Positions 60,983 through 64,000 of a DNA stretch of 64,000 bases are shown piece after piece (within the stretch, counting starts at the first letter, position 1; the number at the start of each line of letters is the position of its first letter). The notes under the pieces are model-generated. The model had not been told where the DNA came from, searched no databases, and saw only the letters and a list, made by a program, of their open reading frames with translations. The stretch is taken from the NCBI GenBank assembly GCA_937775205.1, contig CALKBX010000026.1:28475-92474 (forward strand), written 5' to 3'. The stretch comes from an uncultured Verrucomicrobiae bacterium (GTDB taxonomy: Bacteria; Verrucomicrobiota; Verrucomicrobiia; Limisphaerales; UBA1100). A program made the position numbers and the translations under genes.

Positions 60983-62683
60983 GTGAATCGCATTCTTCTT
61001 TTTATCGTGGGCTTTTGCCTGATTGCACAAACTGTTTCCGCAGCCAAAGCGCCGCGGCCAAATATAATTATCGCGATGGCCGATGATATGGGCTGGAGCG
61101 ATATTGGTTGTTACGGCAGCGAAATTAAAACGCCCAACCTCGATGCGCTCGCCAGTGGTGGCGTGCGGTTTACTCAGTTTTACAACACCGGCCGCTGCTG
61201 CCCCACGCGGGCTACGCTGCTTACGGGGGTGTACGCGCATCAGGCGGGCATTGGTCATATGATGAACAATCGTAACTTGCCGGGTTACAAAGGCGACCTC
61301 GGCCAAAACGTGCGGACGATTGCCGAGGTGATGAAGACGGCCGGTTATGCCACTTATATGTCAGGCAAATGGCACGTGACACCGCACACCAGCCCGAACG
61401 GGCCGAAATATAATTGGCCACGACAGCGGGGGTTCGACCGATTCTATGGAACCATCCACGGCGCGGGCAGTTTCTTTGATCCCAACTCGCTTACGCGCGA
61501 GAACACGCAAATCTCACCGCTCACGGATGCGGGCTACAAAACGGATGAGTTTTATTACACCGACGCCATCAGCGACCACGCCGCGCGTTACATTCGTGAG
61601 CACAAAAGCGACCAGCCATTTTTTATTTACGTGGCCTACACCGCGCCGCATTGGCCGATGCACGCGCTGGAAAAAGACATCGCAAAATACAAGGGCAAGT
61701 ACAACGCCGGTTGGGACGCAATGCGCCACGCGCGGTATGCGCGGCAGTTGAAGATGGGGCTCATCGACTCGAAATGGAAAATGTCCGATCGCGATCGTCG
61801 CGCGCCGGAGTGGAAGGCCGCCCCCAATCGCGAATGGGAGATTGGCCTGATGGAAACGTACGCCGCGATGGTGGATAATCTCGACCAAGGAATGGGCCGC
61901 GTGGTGACTGCCTTGAAGGAAACCGGCCAGTACGAAAACACATTGATTTTATTTCTCGCCGACAACGGCGGCTGCGCCGAAGGAATGGGCCGTGGCAAAG
62001 GTATTCAGTTTAAGGATAAGGATCCAAAAGTGCTCAAGCCAATGGGCCGCGGCGAATTGCAGACAAGTATGATCCCCAAGCGCACTCGTGATGGTCGCGT
62101 CGTCAAGCAAGGCACCGGCGTGATGACCGGCGGCCCGGATACGTACCACGGCTATGGCCTCGCGTGGGCGAATGCGAGCAACACGCCCTTCCGCGAGTAC
62201 AAACATTACGTGCACGAAGGCGGCATCAGCTCGCCGCTTATCGTCCATTGGCCGAAGGGGATTTCCAATAGCCGCCACGGCAAACTTGAAAATCAGCCGG
62301 GGCACTTGATCGATTTGATGGCCACCTGCGTGGATATCGGCGGCGCAAAATATCCTGCAACAGTGGGCGACAAAAAAATTGTCCCAATGCAAGGCACCTC
62401 ACTCGCGCCCGCCTTCAACGGAAAAAACATTGCCCGTACCGCGCCGATTTTCTGGGAACACGAAGGCAACCGCGCTATGCGCGACGGCCAATGGAAGCTC
62501 GTGGCCAAAGGCGCGCGCGGCCCGTGGGAGTTGTACGACATCGCGGCGGATCGCACAGAATTGCATAACCTCGCCGCCAAGCAACCCAACCGTTTGCAGG
62601 CAATGGCCAGTGCGTGGGAAGCATGGGCGGTGAAAGCGCTTGCCAAGCCGTGGCCTTATGGAAAAAAGAAGCCAAAAAAATAA
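60983..62683 (+). CDS. Arylsulfatase (formylglycine-dependent)
   Basis: GTG 60983 gives the signal peptide VNRILLFIVGFCLIAQTVSA. PNIIIAMADDMGWSD, CCPTRATLLTG, GKWH, LADNGG, VHEGGISSPLIVHWP. The longer ORF start at 60884 would overlap the selenoprotein gene. Confidence 0.9.
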   Translation: MNRILLFIVGFCLIAQTVSAAKAPRPNIIIAMADDMGWSDIGCYGSEIKTPNLDALASGGVRFTQFYNTGRCCPTRATLLTGVYAHQAGIGHMMNNRNLPGYKGDLGQNVRTIAEVMKTAGYATYMSGKWHVTPHTSPNGPKYNWPRQRGFDRFYGTIHGAGSFFDPNSLTRENTQISPLTDAGYKTDEFYYTDAISDHAARYIREHKSDQPFFIYVAYTAPHWPMHALEKDIAKYKGKYNAGWDAMRHARYARQLKMGLIDSKWKMSDRDRRAPEWKAAPNREWEIGLMETYAAMVDNLDQGMGRVVTALKETGQYENTLILFLADNGGCAEGMGRGKGIQFKDKDPKVLKPMGRGELQTSMIPKRTRDGRVVKQGTGVMTGGPDTYHGYGLAWANASNTPFREYKHYVHEGGISSPLIVHWPKGISNSRHGKLENQPGHLIDLMATCVDIGGAKYPATVGDKKIVPMQGTSLAPAFNGKNIARTAPIFWEHEGNRAMRDGQWKLVAKGARGPWELYDIAADRTELHNLAAKQPNRLQAMASAWEAWAVKALAKPWPYGKKKPKK

Positions 62684-63605
62684 CGGAGTTTCAAAACCAC
62701 AAACACGTCTAAACACCATAAAAAAAATCCTATTCCCCCTCATCGCGCTGGCCGGTTGGCTGGCAGTTCCCCACGCGCAAGCCAGTTGGATGTACGTGCC
62801 GCTTGAACTGCGGCTCGCCGGTGCGCAGTACGTGGTGGTCGGCAAGATCGACCGCATCGTCGATGGCATCGAGCGTCACAATCGCACTTACGATGTGGGC
62901 GCGATTAAAGTCAGTAAAGTGCTTAAAGGCCCCAAGACACTCAAGGAAGTGAAACTGATGTGGCCCGGGCCTGCGCCGTTTGCAATAAGCACGGACATTA
63001 AATATCGCAAAGGACAGGAAGGCGTTTGGATTTTGTATCCGGACAAGGAAGAGGAAAATGTTTTTTGGGCGAGCTTCCCCACCGATTACCAGCGCCTCAA
63101 GGAATTACTAAAAGTAGAAGCCAAAATCAAGGCCATCAATGCCATTGCTTGGTCCAAGCCCGTTGGTGGATTGCAACTCGGCGCGATTGTGGAGCAGCGC
63201 AATCTTCGCGGGCAAAAGGTTGCCGTGAAAGGTCGCCCTGTCCAAGCGCTCGCCAACGCAACGGCCTACGTGCTCGTGCGCAATTCCGGAAAAGCGGCAA
63301 CGCACGTGGTGAATTTCCCCGCCGACCAAGCGTTCACGTATCGGTTCATCGGGCCGGACGGAAAACAGCTTCCCATTAATTTGGGAAACCAAAATGCCGG
63401 CAAACTGGCGAAGTATCATTTTCTGACCGTGGCCGCGGGCGAAATGAAAGCCGTGGGCTACGGTCTGCGGTTGCCAATGATTGTTCAGCCCGGGAAATAC
63501 ACCCTCGCGCTGGGTTACGCTAACAAACGCAAAGGTGGCGACCTTGTTAATGGCGCGGTGTGGGCTGGTGAGTTGAAGAGCAAAGCGGTCTTTGAAGTGA
63601 AATAA
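62658..63605 (+). CDS. Secreted hypothetical protein
   Basis: ORF 62640..63605. Hydrophobic signal ILFPLIALAGWLAVPHAQA. No motif recognised. The start is uncertain (ATG 62658 overlaps the sulfatase end). Confidence 0.55.
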   Translation: MEKRSQKNNGVSKPQTRLNTIKKILFPLIALAGWLAVPHAQASWMYVPLELRLAGAQYVVVGKIDRIVDGIERHNRTYDVGAIKVSKVLKGPKTLKEVKLMWPGPAPFAISTDIKYRKGQEGVWILYPDKEEENVFWASFPTDYQRLKELLKVEAKIKAINAIAWSKPVGGLQLGAIVEQRNLRGQKVAVKGRPVQALANATAYVLVRNSGKAATHVVNFPADQAFTYRFIGPDGKQLPINLGNQNAGKLAKYHFLTVAAGEMKAVGYGLRLPMIVQPGKYTLALGYANKRKGGDLVNGAVWAGELKSKAVFEVK

Positions 63606-63623
63606 GTTTCATGAAATCTGCAT

Positions 63624-63658
63624 AAAAAAGCCGCCCTCCTCGGGCGGCTTTTGCTTTT
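63624..63658. terminator. Bidirectional rho-independent terminator between convergent genes
   Basis: AAAAAA-GCCGCCC-TCCTC-GGGCGGC-TTTTGCTTTT. A 7-bp GC stem (63630-63636 / 63642-63648) is flanked by an A-run and a T-run. Confidence 0.75.
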
Positions 63659-63673
63659 CCCTCGTTTTAAACT

Positions 63674-63919
63674 CTATGGCTGAGGCGTGGGGTTCTTGCG
63701 CTCCTCGGCATCTTTTGAGGCACCAACCGCTGCGCCAACTGCACCACCACCAGCGGCTCCAATGGCCGCGCCTTCGAGCCCTTTGCCGGATTGATGGCCG
63801 ATGATTCCACCGAGGATAGCACCCGTAGCAGCTCCGATGCCGGCGCCTTTGCCGGTGTTAGTTTGACAACCCACGGTGAGCAGTGCTCCCGCAGCCAAAA
63901 TGATAATGGATTTTTTCAT
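63674..63919 (-). CDS. Small glycine-zipper lipoprotein
   Basis: MKKSIIILAAGALLTVGC lipobox, followed by GxxxG-rich GAGIGAATGAILGGIIGHQSGKGLEGAAIGAAGGGAVGAAVGA. Confidence 0.75.
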   Translation of the reverse strand: MKKSIIILAAGALLTVGCQTNTGKGAGIGAATGAILGGIIGHQSGKGLEGAAIGAAGGGAVGAAVGASKDAEERKNPTPQP

Positions 63920-64000
63920 GATTATTTTTCTGGTTAATCTGACGCCCCAACGATGGGCTGTTATTCAATCTTGGCAAGCAAAATTGGTTCACTTGATTAA

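Noticed and set aside
60501-61306. ORFs 60501..60752 (-), 60811..61086 (+) and 60881..61306 (-) from the track.
   Set aside because: They overlap tRNA-Sec, the SelW-like selenoprotein gene or the sulfatase signal peptide, and they have no coding-like composition. The UGA-containing gene explains this region better.

Overview
This is a 64-kb chromosomal window from a fairly GC-rich PVC-type bacterium, probably Verrucomicrobiota. That assignment is an inference from gene content: a PSCyt/DUF1549/DUF1553 + DUF1501 pair, three sulfatases, Sel1-repeat proteins and an FHA-kinase-LRR protein. I support about 48 protein genes and one tRNA. I found no rRNA, CRISPR array, transposase or phage genes.

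Housekeeping genes: secG-tpiA-pgk, rluD-lgt, glnD, acpS-pdxJ, comEC, cutA, an MscS channel and an Opp/Dpp-type peptide ABC importer.

Four things stand out.

1. Selenocysteine island on the minus strand (55.3-60.9 kb): selB, a secreted transglutaminase-like protein, selA, selD and tRNA-Sec (anticodon UCA). It also holds a 75-codon SelW/Rdx-family selenoprotein gene with an in-frame TGA in a CxxU motif. The ORF track misses this gene.

2. Uncharacterised membrane operon on the plus strand (22.3-35.1 kb), eight tightly packed genes. It encodes two NosY/ABC-2-like permeases with large inserted domains, one ABC ATPase and three SPFH/band-7 paralogs. It also encodes a P1B-type ATPase whose transmembrane metal-ligand positions are all replaced (SPV instead of CPC), plus a conserved hypothetical. 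It runs straight into the peptide importer.

3. An unusual number of reading-frame breaks (about 11-14), hitting 7 genes. These include selD, selA, a tripeptidyl-peptidase II-like protease, a sulfatase, two paralogous periplasmic proteins and a Sel1-repeat gene with 4-6 shifts in about 500 bp. Most look like 1-nt indels, often in short homopolymers. Assembly error and genuine pseudogenisation cannot be told apart from the sequence alone.

4. A 27-bp imperfect inverted repeat with two nested hairpins lies between pgk and rluD. It could be a REP-like element or a small RNA.

All functional calls rest on motifs I recognised by eye. No database search was run.
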